A stretch of 64,000 nucleotides of DNA. Origin: a phage. The stretch lies in the sequence record PZ452612.1; one strand, 5' to 3'. The translations under genes were made by a program, and so were the position numbers. The notes beneath the pieces were generated by a model. It was not told the DNA's origin and did no database searches. It worked only from the letters and a program-made list of their open reading frames with translations. Below, in pieces: positions 28,359-36,539 of this stretch; the stretch's first letter is position 1, and the number at the start of each line of letters is the position of its first letter.

Positions 28359-28625
28359 TTACTTATCACACTTAGCAACATAATTAGGCATATCACAGAA
28401 TACAGAGCGAGTAACTACTCGACCCTTTGACCATGCTTCAGTTGCTTGTCCGGCCGTGCTATTAATATAGCTTGATTTAATGTTCTCAATACCCTGAGAA
28501 TGTGATGCATTTACCGAACCGTTAGAAGGCCCAGAAGACTGGTTACCACCAGCTCCTGCGCCCGTGGTAGCACCAACAGAGAATGCCATCATTACTGCGA
28601 ATAAACCAATTACTAATTTTTTCAT
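28359..28625 (-). CDS. Small secreted protein (signal peptide, Gly/Ser/Asn-rich, C-terminal Cys pair)
   Basis: 88 aa; MKKLVIGLFAVMMAFSVGA signal-like N-terminus; late promoter TATAAATA immediately upstream. Confidence 0.55.
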   Translation of the reverse strand: MKKLVIGLFAVMMAFSVGATTGAGAGGNQSSGPSNGSVNASHSQGIENIKSSYINSTAGQATEAWSKGRVVTRSVFCDMPNYVAKCDK

Positions 28626-28656
28626 ATTTACCTCAAGTTAATGGTTATTTATCTAT

Positions 28657-29646
28657 TTATTTATAGTAAGAATTATGATTTTCGAGATAGACTTGCTCAA
28701 GGAAGTCATCCCAGAAACTCATATCTACTTTTTGTTGCATACCGTTCTTAGCGGCTTGTTCTGACGCATGTTCAACTTGGTCAACGATATCTTCTAGGAA
28801 TTCTTGCACAGTTTTAAACGTATGTTTACCAAGCTTAACATCGAGAATAAATGGAGCATCCTGAAGTGGGTAAACCAGGTCGCCGGTTTTGTAAATTTCC
28901 AATAATTGAAGTCCACCACGACATGCATGACTCAATGCTTTCCAGTCAATACCTTCGTTAGCTTCTGCCTTACGAGCACGTTCGCCATAGTTCTCTTCCA
29001 GTTTAACCAGGATGGCATTGAACTCTTTATTGGTTAACGTATCTTGGAATTTACGGTCTAACAGATTATAGAATGTTTGCTTACCTGTTTTCTCGTTTTC
29101 GGTTTCAACCCATGAAGCAAATTCACCTACAGGCAGAACATTCTTCATATGTGATAAACGAATTACTGCACCATTATCAAAGTATTGTCCCCATTCATTA
29201 GAACGTTTAAGGGCTTGACGAAGAACAGCCAGTCGAGAACCCTTGACACCGTATTTAGAAGCTTGCTTACGGACATACCCTAAATAAGATTTCATGTTAG
29301 TGGTATAGAAACGAGACCTGTTATCTTGAATATACTTCCATACATCAGGCAAATCAGATTTAACTACTAGACTTTGTGGAGTGTGAAGCATATCTAATGC
29401 GACGGTTTCACCATCTGCAGCTAGTTTAAAGAAATATTTGAGACTATATAACTCATGGTCCACGTCGTCTTTTGTGTTCTTAGAAGATGTGTTATTAGTG
29501 TTCTTGCTCATGTGTTCTTTAACGTTACCGGTCAAGATATCACGAGCATGAGGGACATAAATTTCTTTAAAATCGACGTCAGATTCAGGAGTAGACGTTC
29601 CATAAAGGTGGCTACCAAAGTAGCCTTTCATAATTGTTTTCATCAT
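28657..29646 (-). CDS. Pol-beta-superfamily nucleotidyltransferase-fold protein
   Basis: 329 aa; N-terminal GSHLYGTSTPESDVDF fits the G[SG]x9-13Dx[DE] nucleotidyltransferase signature. Confidence 0.5.
   Translation of the reverse strand: MMKTIMKGYFGSHLYGTSTPESDVDFKEIYVPHARDILTGNVKEHMSKNTNNTSSKNTKDDVDHELYSLKYFFKLAADGETVALDMLHTPQSLVVKSDLPDVWKYIQDNRSRFYTTNMKSYLGYVRKQASKYGVKGSRLAVLRQALKRSNEWGQYFDNGAVIRLSHMKNVLPVGEFASWVETENEKTGKQTFYNLLDRKFQDTLTNKEFNAILVKLEENYGERARKAEANEGIDWKALSHACRGGLQLLEIYKTGDLVYPLQDAPFILDVKLGKHTFKTVQEFLEDIVDQVEHASEQAAKNGMQQKVDMSFWDDFLEQVYLENHNSYYK
28658..28665 (-). promoter_or_regulatory. T4-type late promoter TATAAATA (minus strand)
   Basis: Plus tatttata = minus TATAAATA, ~33 nt upstream of the ATG at 28625. 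Confidence 0.45.
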
Positions 29647-30116
29647 TTAGCCTTATATTCAAGAGTAGGACAGACTTTTTCTTTACGAGCTTTAAGGTAT
29701 TCGCCTATTAATGATTTCTTACGTTCAATAGGCTCAAGTCCATTTTTAATTCGTTCTTGGTTTTGCGCAATGAGCTCAATTTCTTTATAATATTTTCTGT
29801 CGTTATATTTGTCTAACAACCAAGACGGACCAATTACCAACCCGGTAGCAATAAAAGCCATGACTGCTACAATTAAAATGCCTACACCAATTGAGGCTGG
29901 AACTAATGTCCATAGACTGCTAAAAACAAAGAATTTAGTTAAAATTTCCTGGCCAATGATTGTGACTGCTGCTAAAATCGCAAATCCAATAATTGAAACA
30001 GCCAATACCGGGATTAACGTTTTCCAAAAATAAGCACACAACGTTTTCGGACGATTCCATGTACTATTGAACGCGGCATAAATTTTAAAGTGCCAAGAGT
30101 TTTCATTGATAATCAT
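29643..30116 (-). CDS. Integral membrane protein
   Basis: 157 aa with two long hydrophobic segments. Confidence 0.5.
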   Translation of the reverse strand: MIINENSWHFKIYAAFNSTWNRPKTLCAYFWKTLIPVLAVSIIGFAILAAVTIIGQEILTKFFVFSSLWTLVPASIGVGILIVAVMAFIATGLVIGPSWLLDKYNDRKYYKEIELIAQNQERIKNGLEPIERKKSLIGEYLKARKEKVCPTLEYKAK

Positions 30117-30125
30117 AATAATTCC

Positions 30126-30656
30126 TTATTTCAAAGTTGGGATAATAGAATCGAGATAAGCTTTAAGAGCAACTGCTTCATCTTTGTCTAATGTAACGAT
30201 ATGTTGACGAAGGTCATCAATTTGACGAATAACTACAACATCGCCATCTTCATAAGAAGGATTAACGCCTAGGACCGTTGTATAGTCAGGGCGGTCCTGA
30301 TTTGTAATAAAAGCATTACGGCATTTAGCCCATTGAAGTTTGGCCTTTTTGGCTATTTCAGATTCCATTAATTCTTTCACCTTAGTGACGAATGTTTTCC
30401 AATTATTGATAGAAAGGCATTCATCTTCTGTTTCGATATTAACCCCACTATAAAGACCGTGATAAAAACGAACTTGAAGGTCTTCATCGATGTTAATTAC
30501 AGATGCATGGCCTGGCGGATTGAGTTTCAAAATCTTGTCCAGTTCCATAGGAAGAATAGTAACAGAATCATCTTCTTGTGTCAGAACGTAAGCATAACCA
30601 CGTTTTTCGATACATAAATCACCAAACAACTCGGTTGTTTCAATTACAATTTTCAT
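30126..30656 (-). CDS. Hypothetical protein
   Basis: Track ORF begins with TTG; trimmed to ATG (MKIVIETTELFG...). Confidence 0.5.
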   Translation of the reverse strand: MKIVIETTELFGDLCIEKRGYAYVLTQEDDSVTILPMELDKILKLNPPGHASVINIDEDLQVRFYHGLYSGVNIETEDECLSINNWKTFVTKVKELMESEIAKKAKLQWAKCRNAFITNQDRPDYTTVLGVNPSYEDGDVVVIRQIDDLRQHIVTLDKDEAVALKAYLDSIIPTLK

Positions 30657-30657
30657 A

Positions 30658-30837
30658 TTATTCACCAATTAAAGTTTCAACAAAATTCACCAAAGCATTC
30701 TGGCACGCATCAACCTGATTTTCATAAAAGTCTCCGTTATCATTTACCGCGTGATAAGCTACATCATTCAAATCTGAATCGGCTTCACGTAGGTCACGGA
30801 TAAGGTCCATCAATTTATTAGCTTGTTCACGGGTCAT
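30658..30837 (-). CDS. Candidate small acidic protein (59 aa), not in ORF track
   Basis: MTREQANKLMDLIRDLREADSDLNDVAYHAVNDNGDFYENQVDACQNALVNFVETLIGE; stop abuts the next ATG. Confidence 0.35.
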   Translation of the reverse strand: MTREQANKLMDLIRDLREADSDLNDVAYHAVNDNGDFYENQVDACQNALVNFVETLIGE

Positions 30838-30944
30838 TTTACCATACTCGTTTCAATAAGATTCACTATGCCGTTTACCATGTTATAAGTAAACATCGGA
30901 TAATTGTATTGTACTACAACATAAGCGATAAGCAAAAGTTTCAT
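30834..30944 (-). CDS. Candidate 36-aa hydrophobic peptide
   Basis: MKLLLIAYVVVQYNYPMFTYNMVNGIVNLIETSMVK; SD GGAGAA; ATGA overlap with the next ORF. Confidence 0.25.
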   Translation of the reverse strand: MKLLLIAYVVVQYNYPMFTYNMVNGIVNLIETSMVK

Positions 30945-30963
30945 TTTGTTCTCCGTTTGTTTT

Positions 30964-31002
30964 GGTAGGACTACTATAACATAGTCCTACCAAGATGTAA
31001 AC
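30964..31002 (-). promoter_or_regulatory. Early promoter GTTTAC...TATAGT embedded in palindrome GGTAGGACT/AGTCCTACC
   Basis: One of three copies of the core aggactactataacatag (others at 41046 and 41374). Confidence 0.5.
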
Positions 31003-31208
31003 TACCGATTGTGTTTTAAATGTTGATAAAGTTCTTCAACTTGTTTTGGGTCTAAAACAATTAGGTCATTTTCTTGGCGAAGATAAATCCATCCCTTATC
31101 CCCAGGACCATTTTTACAAAACATTGCCACCATATCATCATCTTCAGCGCTTTCAGGTAAAAGTTCAAGCACACCGTCTTCAGATTTTCTAGTATAATCG
31201 TAAAGCAT
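31002..31208 (-). CDS. Hypothetical acidic protein (rI.-1-like position)
   Basis: Track ORF trimmed to internal ATG (MLYDYTRKSEDGV...). Confidence 0.45.
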   Translation of the reverse strand: MLYDYTRKSEDGVLELLPESAEDDDMVAMFCKNGPGDKGWIYLRQENDLIVLDPKQVEELYQHLKHNR

Positions 31209-31215
31209 AATATCC

Positions 31216-31395
31216 TCACATAATCTCGTTAACATACATTTGCAATTCAGTGTGGGCGTCGGCCATCTTTTTCATAGCTCTGTTAATGTCGATGTCTCCA
31301 TCTTCGCACCCATGAGCATTTTCCCAATCAGATACCGCATTAGCATACTCTTCAATCAAAAACATCAACTTAGAAATCTTTTCTTTACGTGTCAT
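31216..31395 (-). CDS. Candidate small protein (59 aa), not in ORF track
   Basis: MTRKEKISKLMFLIEEYANAVSDWENAHGCEDGDIDINRAMKKMADAHTELQMYVNEIM; SD AGGAGAA; GTTTAC-17 nt-TATAGT promoter at ~31411-31455. Confidence 0.35.
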   Translation of the reverse strand: MTRKEKISKLMFLIEEYANAVSDWENAHGCEDGDIDINRAMKKMADAHTELQMYVNEIM

Positions 31396-31460
31396 AGCGT
31401 TCTCCTATAGTAAGTAAGGACTACTATAACACAACCTGAGGAGAAGTAAACTGATAGATG

Positions 31461-31490
31461 CCAAAAAGCCCCAACCATAAGGAAGGGGCT
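31461..31490 (-). terminator. Rho-independent terminator after rI (minus strand)
   Basis: AGCCCC-12 nt loop-GGGGCT followed by TTTTTGG on minus strand. Confidence 0.55.
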
Positions 31491-31496
31491 AGTAAA

Positions 31497-31799
31497 TTAG
31501 ATAGATGTAGGCTCTAATTTTATTTTCATGAACTCGGCAAATTGTCTGGCAGTTTTTATGCCTTGTTCATGACATTCAAATGCATCATCACAGGGACTAT
31601 TTTTGTAATGCTTTGCCATATACTTATAGAATTTTTCAGAATTCTCGACATTTTGAATTTCAAACAAAGTATATACGTTTTTAATCCCTGATTCCATAAA
31701 GTTATCAAAATATGGGTCGATATATGCAGTACCAACGATAGGAGTTGTTGCTGCAAAAAACCCCAGCATCGCCATGACAGCTATCGCTCTTAAGGCCAT
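31497..31799 (-). CDS. rI: Antiholin RI (lysis inhibition)
   Basis: 100 aa; signal-anchor N-terminus and motifs DPYFDNFMESGIKNVYTLFE, SPCDDAFEC match T4 RI as recalled. Confidence 0.8.
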   Translation of the reverse strand: MALRAIAVMAMLGFFAATTPIVGTAYIDPYFDNFMESGIKNVYTLFEIQNVENSEKFYKYMAKHYKNSPCDDAFECHEQGIKTARQFAEFMKIKLEPTSI

Positions 31800-31811
31800 A
31801 TAGGCCTCCTG

Positions 31812-32024
31812 TTAATTTTGGCCAGTATTTATTTTTCGCCTTTGGACGGCCTTAACATCTGTGAGGTATTTTTCCAGCTTGCGCTTGCGTGTATAATCAG
31901 CTTTAGAACCAGTTTGACGGATATCCTCGTTTAAATGAGAAATAGAATGTCCTAATTCTCTTCGGATTTCATCCAATTGGGTTACAGTAAGATTACGAAG
32001 TTGTCTTTCGTTTAATTGCTGCAT
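31812..32024 (-). CDS. Hypothetical basic protein (rI.1-like position)
   Basis: 70-aa ORF between tk and rI. Confidence 0.5.
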   Translation of the reverse strand: MQQLNERQLRNLTVTQLDEIRRELGHSISHLNEDIRQTGSKADYTRKRKLEKYLTDVKAVQRRKINTGQN

Positions 32025-32051
32025 ATATACCTCTTGGTTAGATATTAGTAT

Positions 32052-32633
32052 TTATAACAACCCTGTCAAATCATTCCAATGCTTCCGGCATAATGACACG
32101 TATCTATCGGTATCACCAATTTCAATTTGACTGCCATCTGTAATTGGAAGTCCGTCTTCCGTGACTCTAGCTACCATTGTGGCCTTTTTACCGCAATGAC
32201 AGACACCTTTAAGTTCAACAAGCTTATCGGCAATAGCCATTAATGCTTGAGAACCTTCAAATAGATTACCTTTAAAATCTGTTCGTAGTCCATATGCCAT
32301 TACTGGCACATTGTATACGTCAACAATACGACTAAGTTGATACACCTTTTCAGTAGTTAAGAACTGAGCTTCGTCAACAAATACACAGTGAATATCCTTT
32401 TGTGCTGCAGCCCATTTATAGAATTCAAAGATATCCATGTCTTTTGTAATTATATTGGCATCCTGACGAATACCAATACGAGAGACTATTTCACCTTTTG
32501 AATCACGAGTATCAATAGCCGGTTTAAGAACTAATACACCCATGCCACGTTCTTTATAGTTATGTGCGGCAGTAAGTAATGAAGAAGACTTACCAGCGTT
32601 CATAGCGGCATATGTAAAAATTAAACTAGCCAT
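32052..32633 (-). CDS. tk: Thymidine kinase
   Basis: 193 aa; P-loop NAGKSS, zinc-ribbon cysteines, typical TK length. Confidence 0.95.
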   Translation of the reverse strand: MASLIFTYAAMNAGKSSSLLTAAHNYKERGMGVLVLKPAIDTRDSKGEIVSRIGIRQDANIITKDMDIFEFYKWAAAQKDIHCVFVDEAQFLTTEKVYQLSRIVDVYNVPVMAYGLRTDFKGNLFEGSQALMAIADKLVELKGVCHCGKKATMVARVTEDGLPITDGSQIEIGDTDRYVSLCRKHWNDLTGLL

Positions 32634-32642
32634 AAGAGTCCC

Positions 32643-32825
32643 TTATAGTGAATTCACGTAGTCAATGAGTTCTTGTTCTTTCCTGTCAAATGATTCCAAC
32701 AATGCTTGATATTCTTCATCTGTTAAAGGAGCATATTCATCGTACGCATTGGTGGCTGCTTGCTCATCCAATAGGTCATGGATAAGTTCGAATAGTTTAG
32801 CTTTCTCTTCTTTAGTTAATTTCAT
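32643..32825 (-). CDS. Hypothetical small acidic protein
   Basis: 60-aa ORF. Confidence 0.45.
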   Translation of the reverse strand: MKLTKEEKAKLFELIHDLLDEQAATNAYDEYAPLTDEEYQALLESFDRKEQELIDYVNSL

Positions 32826-33049
32826 TTAGGTTCACCTTCTTTAACGAAATCTGGGTAAGGGTAAAATCCTGAGTAAAACCCTTCACCTTTATGATTGCTA
32901 CAACCTTTGTTCGAACAGTAACACCAATAATCAAAATCACAAGCCATTTCGTCATTGCATAAAGCAAAAACTACAGGCCATTCGCATTTTTCGCATTTAG
33001 CACCTGTAAGAATTTTTGTTTGACTCATAACCATGTCACCTTTAAGCAA
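32822..33049 (-). CDS. Cys-rich small protein
   Basis: 75 aa with 9 Cys (CEKCEW...CNDEMACDFDYWCYCSNKGC). Confidence 0.5.
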   Translation of the reverse strand: MLKGDMVMSQTKILTGAKCEKCEWPVVFALCNDEMACDFDYWCYCSNKGCSNHKGEGFYSGFYPYPDFVKEGEPK

Positions 33050-33252
33050 TATTCTTCTACATGTTGTTTACGGCCTTTCTTATCAATAAAGGTATATTCA
33101 ACGAATGTTCCGATGTAGTCTTTATCTACATCATGTGGACTATTAATTGGACATTTGGTACGACAAATGCGTTCCCATTGACGAATAATTACTGCCTTAT
33201 TCTTTGGGTCATATGGATGTGGATAATGTATATTCATAATAACGGTTCCCAA
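33025..33252 (-). CDS. Hypothetical small protein
   Basis: 75-aa ORF. Confidence 0.45.
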   Translation of the reverse strand: MGTVIMNIHYPHPYDPKNKAVIIRQWERICRTKCPINSPHDVDKDYIGTFVEYTFIDKKGRKQHVEEYCLKVTWL

Positions 33253-33731
33253 TCAACAATCACAATTTCTAGTTTAGTGGAATACGTATCTAAAATCTCT
33301 TCGATGACATCCCAGTTTCCGCCACCGATACCTGCACCAATTCTTGGCATATAAATTACAGGCTTTGTTATCTTATTCTTTCCGAATTCATTTAATTCTA
33401 TTATACAATTCATTAAAGCAGAGTACTCAAAATTAGGTCCCGGCTCAAACTGCGTATAAAGATTAAAGCAATAAGCTTTATGGGTCTTAAAATATTTTTC
33501 ATAAACCGAATAAGTCCCGAGTTTAGACTCGTCTCCGAATTCGGTTTGAAGTTTATCGGCTTCCAGAATTTTTGGATAAGCCTTTGCTAATTGTCCTGCC
33601 ACACCGGCGCCCATTGTATGAAAACAATTACACCCATGAGCAATATTATTACCTTTAGAAAACAGGGCGACAATATCGCCCTTGATATAGTTTTTAATCA
33701 CTTGCTGCAAGTCCTCTAGTATAAGAGTCAA
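33234..33731 (-). CDS. Macrodomain protein (putative ADP-ribose binding / ADP-ribosyl hydrolase)
   Basis: 165 aa; GDI...NIAHGCNCFHTMGAGVAGQLAKAYP and PRIGAGIGGGNW resemble macrodomain motifs (cf. YmdB-like NAAN..GGGV and ISTGVYGYP). Confidence 0.6.
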   Translation of the reverse strand: MTLILEDLQQVIKNYIKGDIVALFSKGNNIAHGCNCFHTMGAGVAGQLAKAYPKILEADKLQTEFGDESKLGTYSVYEKYFKTHKAYCFNLYTQFEPGPNFEYSALMNCIIELNEFGKNKITKPVIYMPRIGAGIGGGNWDVIEEILDTYSTKLEIVIVDWEPLL

Positions 33732-34041
33732 CTAGACGGTCCACCATAGAATTGCATGCTGCCTTATCTTTAGGTTCCGCCACCGAGCATTCTAATATTT
33801 GCCATTTTTTATAGTATCTTTTAATTAAGGTAGACGCCTTGAACCTACTAGACGCCCCATCTTTTTCTCCGTCTTTATACGCGTATAACAATTTTTGTGA
33901 AAAATCTACTTTACACTCTTGACTTTTACCACAATAATCAGACGCCGTTCTGTTTGTATACTCCGTTACATCAGTATATGTAGTATTAGCAAGAGCGTTA
34001 AATGAAACCAAGCTAACTATTAAAGCCAACATTTTGGTCAT
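33694..34041 (-). CDS. Small secreted/periplasmic Cys-containing protein
   Basis: 115 aa; signal-like N-terminus MTKMLALIVSLVSFNALA; 4 Cys; ATGA-coupled to the upstream transglycosylase gene. Confidence 0.5.
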   Translation of the reverse strand: MTKMLALIVSLVSFNALANTTYTDVTEYTNRTASDYCGKSQECKVDFSQKLLYAYKDGEKDGASSRFKASTLIKRYYKKWQILECSVAEPKDKAACNSMVDRLVDSYTRGLAASD

Positions 34042-34580
34042 TCTTTTATTTCCAGTAGTTTATTTGATTTAAGGTAATTAGCCTTTTCTAGGACTTCAGA
34101 AGCATATTTACTTCCAGCACTTGTCTTCCATCCCGCATTATATGAGGATATGGCTTTTCTTATATCCCCGTTATGTATATTTAACCAATAAGAAAATTCG
34201 ATATAAGCCCATCTGGCTGAATTAGACCGCTTAGATAGCATTTTCTTAATTTGGGCATCAGTCATATTATAACCAAGCTGGTTAATTCTTGCCCTCATTG
34301 TTGGTAGATAGTTTTGGAACATTCCATACGCATGGTGACCTTTCTTATCTTTAAGATTAATACCGGCAGATGATTCTTGCCATAGTATTGCGGCCATTAT
34401 GTATCCAAGTCCTTTCTTATGCATATTTTCATGCGTTTTAAATTTTCCATCCTTAGAAAACTGTTCCCCAAACTGATAAGCATAATTCAAGTTATCGAGT
34501 TGGACATTACTAAAAGTATGCTCGGAGCTATGTGCTGATAACGAAAGAGCAAATAGACCAGCGAGTAGTGCTTTTCTCAT
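34038..34580 (-). CDS. Secreted lytic transglycosylase (SLT-domain)-like protein
   Basis: 180 aa; signal peptide MRKALLAGLFALSLSAHS; motifs LWQESS, GMFQ, SSYNAG resemble SLT family. Confidence 0.55.
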   Translation of the reverse strand: MRKALLAGLFALSLSAHSSEHTFSNVQLDNLNYAYQFGEQFSKDGKFKTHENMHKKGLGYIMAAILWQESSAGINLKDKKGHHAYGMFQNYLPTMRARINQLGYNMTDAQIKKMLSKRSNSARWAYIEFSYWLNIHNGDIRKAISSYNAGWKTSAGSKYASEVLEKANYLKSNKLLEIKE

Positions 34581-34588
34581 GTTTACCT

Positions 34589-35047
34589 CTAGATTTTAAT
34601 CACTGCTTTAGAAGCTTTTCCTGGTAGTCGTTTACTGTTAATAATAGCCATTCTGCATTGAAGAGTCTTCATTTTGAATGCTGGATTTTCGCGACAAACT
34701 GTAAGTCCTAACCAAAGATTTCCATCAGTTATTTCTAAACGGCCTGGGCGATATTCGACACCTTCGACAAAATCTTCATCAACATCTGGACGGGCTGGCA
34801 TTGATAAAAATTCTGCAACTTCTTTAACATGATTTTTTACTTTATGAAATAATTCAAAAACGTAATTCTCATCTATTTCTCTCTGGATGGCACGATCTAA
34901 GAGATGTTGAGAATACTTGATATGAAAGCCTGGTAGTCCAAGAGACTTTGCAGCATCTTTTATACTGGCATTTATTTTGCGGAACTCCGTTTCAAAGATT
35001 CGACGGAGTTTATTGCGGCGGATAAAAACGTCTGAATTGATAGTCAT
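34589..35047 (-). CDS. regB: Endoribonuclease RegB
   Basis: 152 aa; MTINSDVFIRRNKLRR...HIKYSQHLLDRAIQREID...RPGRLEITDGNLWLG matches T4 RegB as recalled. Confidence 0.85.
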   Translation of the reverse strand: MTINSDVFIRRNKLRRIFETEFRKINASIKDAAKSLGLPGFHIKYSQHLLDRAIQREIDENYVFELFHKVKNHVKEVAEFLSMPARPDVDEDFVEGVEYRPGRLEITDGNLWLGLTVCRENPAFKMKTLQCRMAIINSKRLPGKASKAVIKI

Positions 35048-35055
35048 TTTGATTT

Positions 35056-35104
35056 CTCCTCTAGTTGACAGGTCTATAGTAACACAACTAGAGGAGAAGT
35101 AAAC
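35056..35104 (-). promoter_or_regulatory. Early promoter (GTTTAC...TACTAT) inside a 12-bp inverted repeat whose 3' arm contains the regB SD
   Basis: Arms ctcctctagttg (35056-35067) and caactagaggag (35085-35096) are perfect reverse complements; gtaaac at 35099-35104. Confidence 0.5.
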
Positions 35105-35403
35105 TACTCTTTGAAAGGAATTAACTTTTTAACTGCTTTAGATACTTCGTCACGAACCTGGTGGAAGTTCTTGAGCTGTTCAAGGCGTTGTTCGTAATAC
35201 GCAATCTCATCTTCTTCAAGACAATCGTCAGCGTCTTCTTTCAGATATGCCTTGTACTCATTAAAGAGGGCCCATAGGCGGTTCTCAAAGTCATCAAGGC
35301 TTTGAATTTTCTTGTGCTTCGGAACAAGGCCAAAAGGATTGCTTTCAGTTATGCGTCGAGATGCTTCATAATGAGTTCCAAAGCCTGATAGGATTTGAGC
35401 CAT
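35104..35403 (-). CDS. Hypothetical protein
   Basis: Track ORF trimmed to internal ATG ([13 protein letters not shown]...) overlapping the upstream stop. Confidence 0.45.
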   Translation of the reverse strand: MAQILSGFGTHYEASRRITESNPFGLVPKHKKIQSLDDFENRLWALFNEYKAYLKEDADDCLEEDEIAYYEQRLEQLKNFHQVRDEVSKAVKKLIPFKE

Positions 35404-35648
35404 TAGTATTTTTCCTCTGGTTGAAATACCGCACGACAAGCCCACATACTAGCTTCCTTTAGGCGTTCTTTAGCACAGTTCAATTGGGACAAAGCTGTCA
35501 AAGCTTCAGGAGTATTCGCAGACAACGCTTCTTCCGCCAAGGCATCGAAAATAAGCCCTAATCGAACTTCTGCATCTTTAATAGCGTTCACTTTACCGAT
35601 TTTATCATCGGTATGCGGCTTGTAGCCTTTGATGTCTTCAATCGACAT
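35403..35648 (-). CDS. Hypothetical protein
   Basis: Track ORF 35403..35816 trimmed to internal ATG ([12 protein letters not shown]...) just past the upstream stop. Confidence 0.45.
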   Translation of the reverse strand: MSIEDIKGYKPHTDDKIGKVNAIKDAEVRLGLIFDALAEEALSANTPEALTALSQLNCAKERLKEASMWACRAVFQPEEKY

Positions 35649-35862
35649 AAGGAATTTCCTCATCGGTGGCAAGGTCATATTCGACCAATTGGATAGGCTC
35701 ATTAATACCATATCCACGTACAGTGATATCGGTTGTCGGATATTTTCCAGTAATATCACCCATTCTAAATGCTTCAGTGAATGATTGCTCGCCTGAGCAA
35801 CTAAACCAGGCGGCAAAACATTTTAAAACATCTTCAGACCCTTCTATAATCAATTTAGCCAT
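35638..35862 (-). CDS. Hypothetical small acidic protein
   Basis: 74-aa ORF. Confidence 0.45.
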   Translation of the reverse strand: MAKLIIEGSEDVLKCFAAWFSCSGEQSFTEAFRMGDITGKYPTTDITVRGYGINEPIQLVEYDLATDEEIPYVD

Positions 35863-36224
35863 TATAGACTCTCAGTAAAGGTACGAGCGATAACGTCGCG
35901 CTGCTGTTCCGGGGTCAGAGAGTTAAAGCGAACTGCATAACCGGATACACGGATGGTCAGCTGTGGATATTTTTCCGGATGCTTAACTGCATCTTCCAGA
36001 GTTTCGCGACGCAGAACGTTAACGTTCAGATGTTGACCACCTTCAATTTTAACTTTAGGTTGATGTTCAATTTCAATTTCACGGGCATTCAAACCGTAGA
36101 AAATTTCCGGGTCTACAATAGCGTCTTCTTTAAAAGTCTTAGAGACGATAATCCGGGCTTGAGTACCGTCTTCAAAATAAATAGTGCCTTTATGTGCACC
36201 TTCAAGAATTTGATATGCTTTCAT
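35862..36224 (-). CDS. Autonomous glycyl radical cofactor GrcA/YfiD-like protein
   Basis: 120 aa; C-terminal ~64 aa ([61 protein letters not shown]) carries the RVSGY glycyl-radical motif and matches E. coli GrcA as recalled; this part is visibly GC-rich. Confidence 0.8.
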   Translation of the reverse strand: MKAYQILEGAHKGTIYFEDGTQARIIVSKTFKEDAIVDPEIFYGLNAREIEIEHQPKVKIEGGQHLNVNVLRRETLEDAVKHPEKYPQLTIRVSGYAVRFNSLTPEQQRDVIARTFTESL

Positions 36225-36230
36225 ATAACC

Positions 36231-36539
36231 TCAATTAGAAAATAAATTTATCCAAGTTTTTTCTTTAATCAAAAATGGGTCAGAACTAAACGCCATTAAA
36301 CTTTGAGTGATTAATCCCTTAAATGGCCCATCAATAAATTCCATTTTGAAATGCGGAATACTAGTCATCAACCGTGCGTTAGGAGCAGTACAAAGAACCT
36401 GCTGCCCTGCGAACGGACCTTTAGTCAAACGGTATCGTTTAGGTTTAAAATGGTAAATCTCGTAATTTTCTACAAGAGCCCTTTTATTGCATACTGGGCT
36501 GTTATAACAATATTCAAAAACTTCAATAGTGGTCATCAT
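36231..36539 (-). CDS. Hypothetical protein
   Basis: 102-aa ORF. Confidence 0.45.
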   Translation of the reverse strand: MMTTIEVFEYCYNSPVCNKRALVENYEIYHFKPKRYRLTKGPFAGQQVLCTAPNARLMTSIPHFKMEFIDGPFKGLITQSLMAFSSDPFLIKEKTWINLFSN

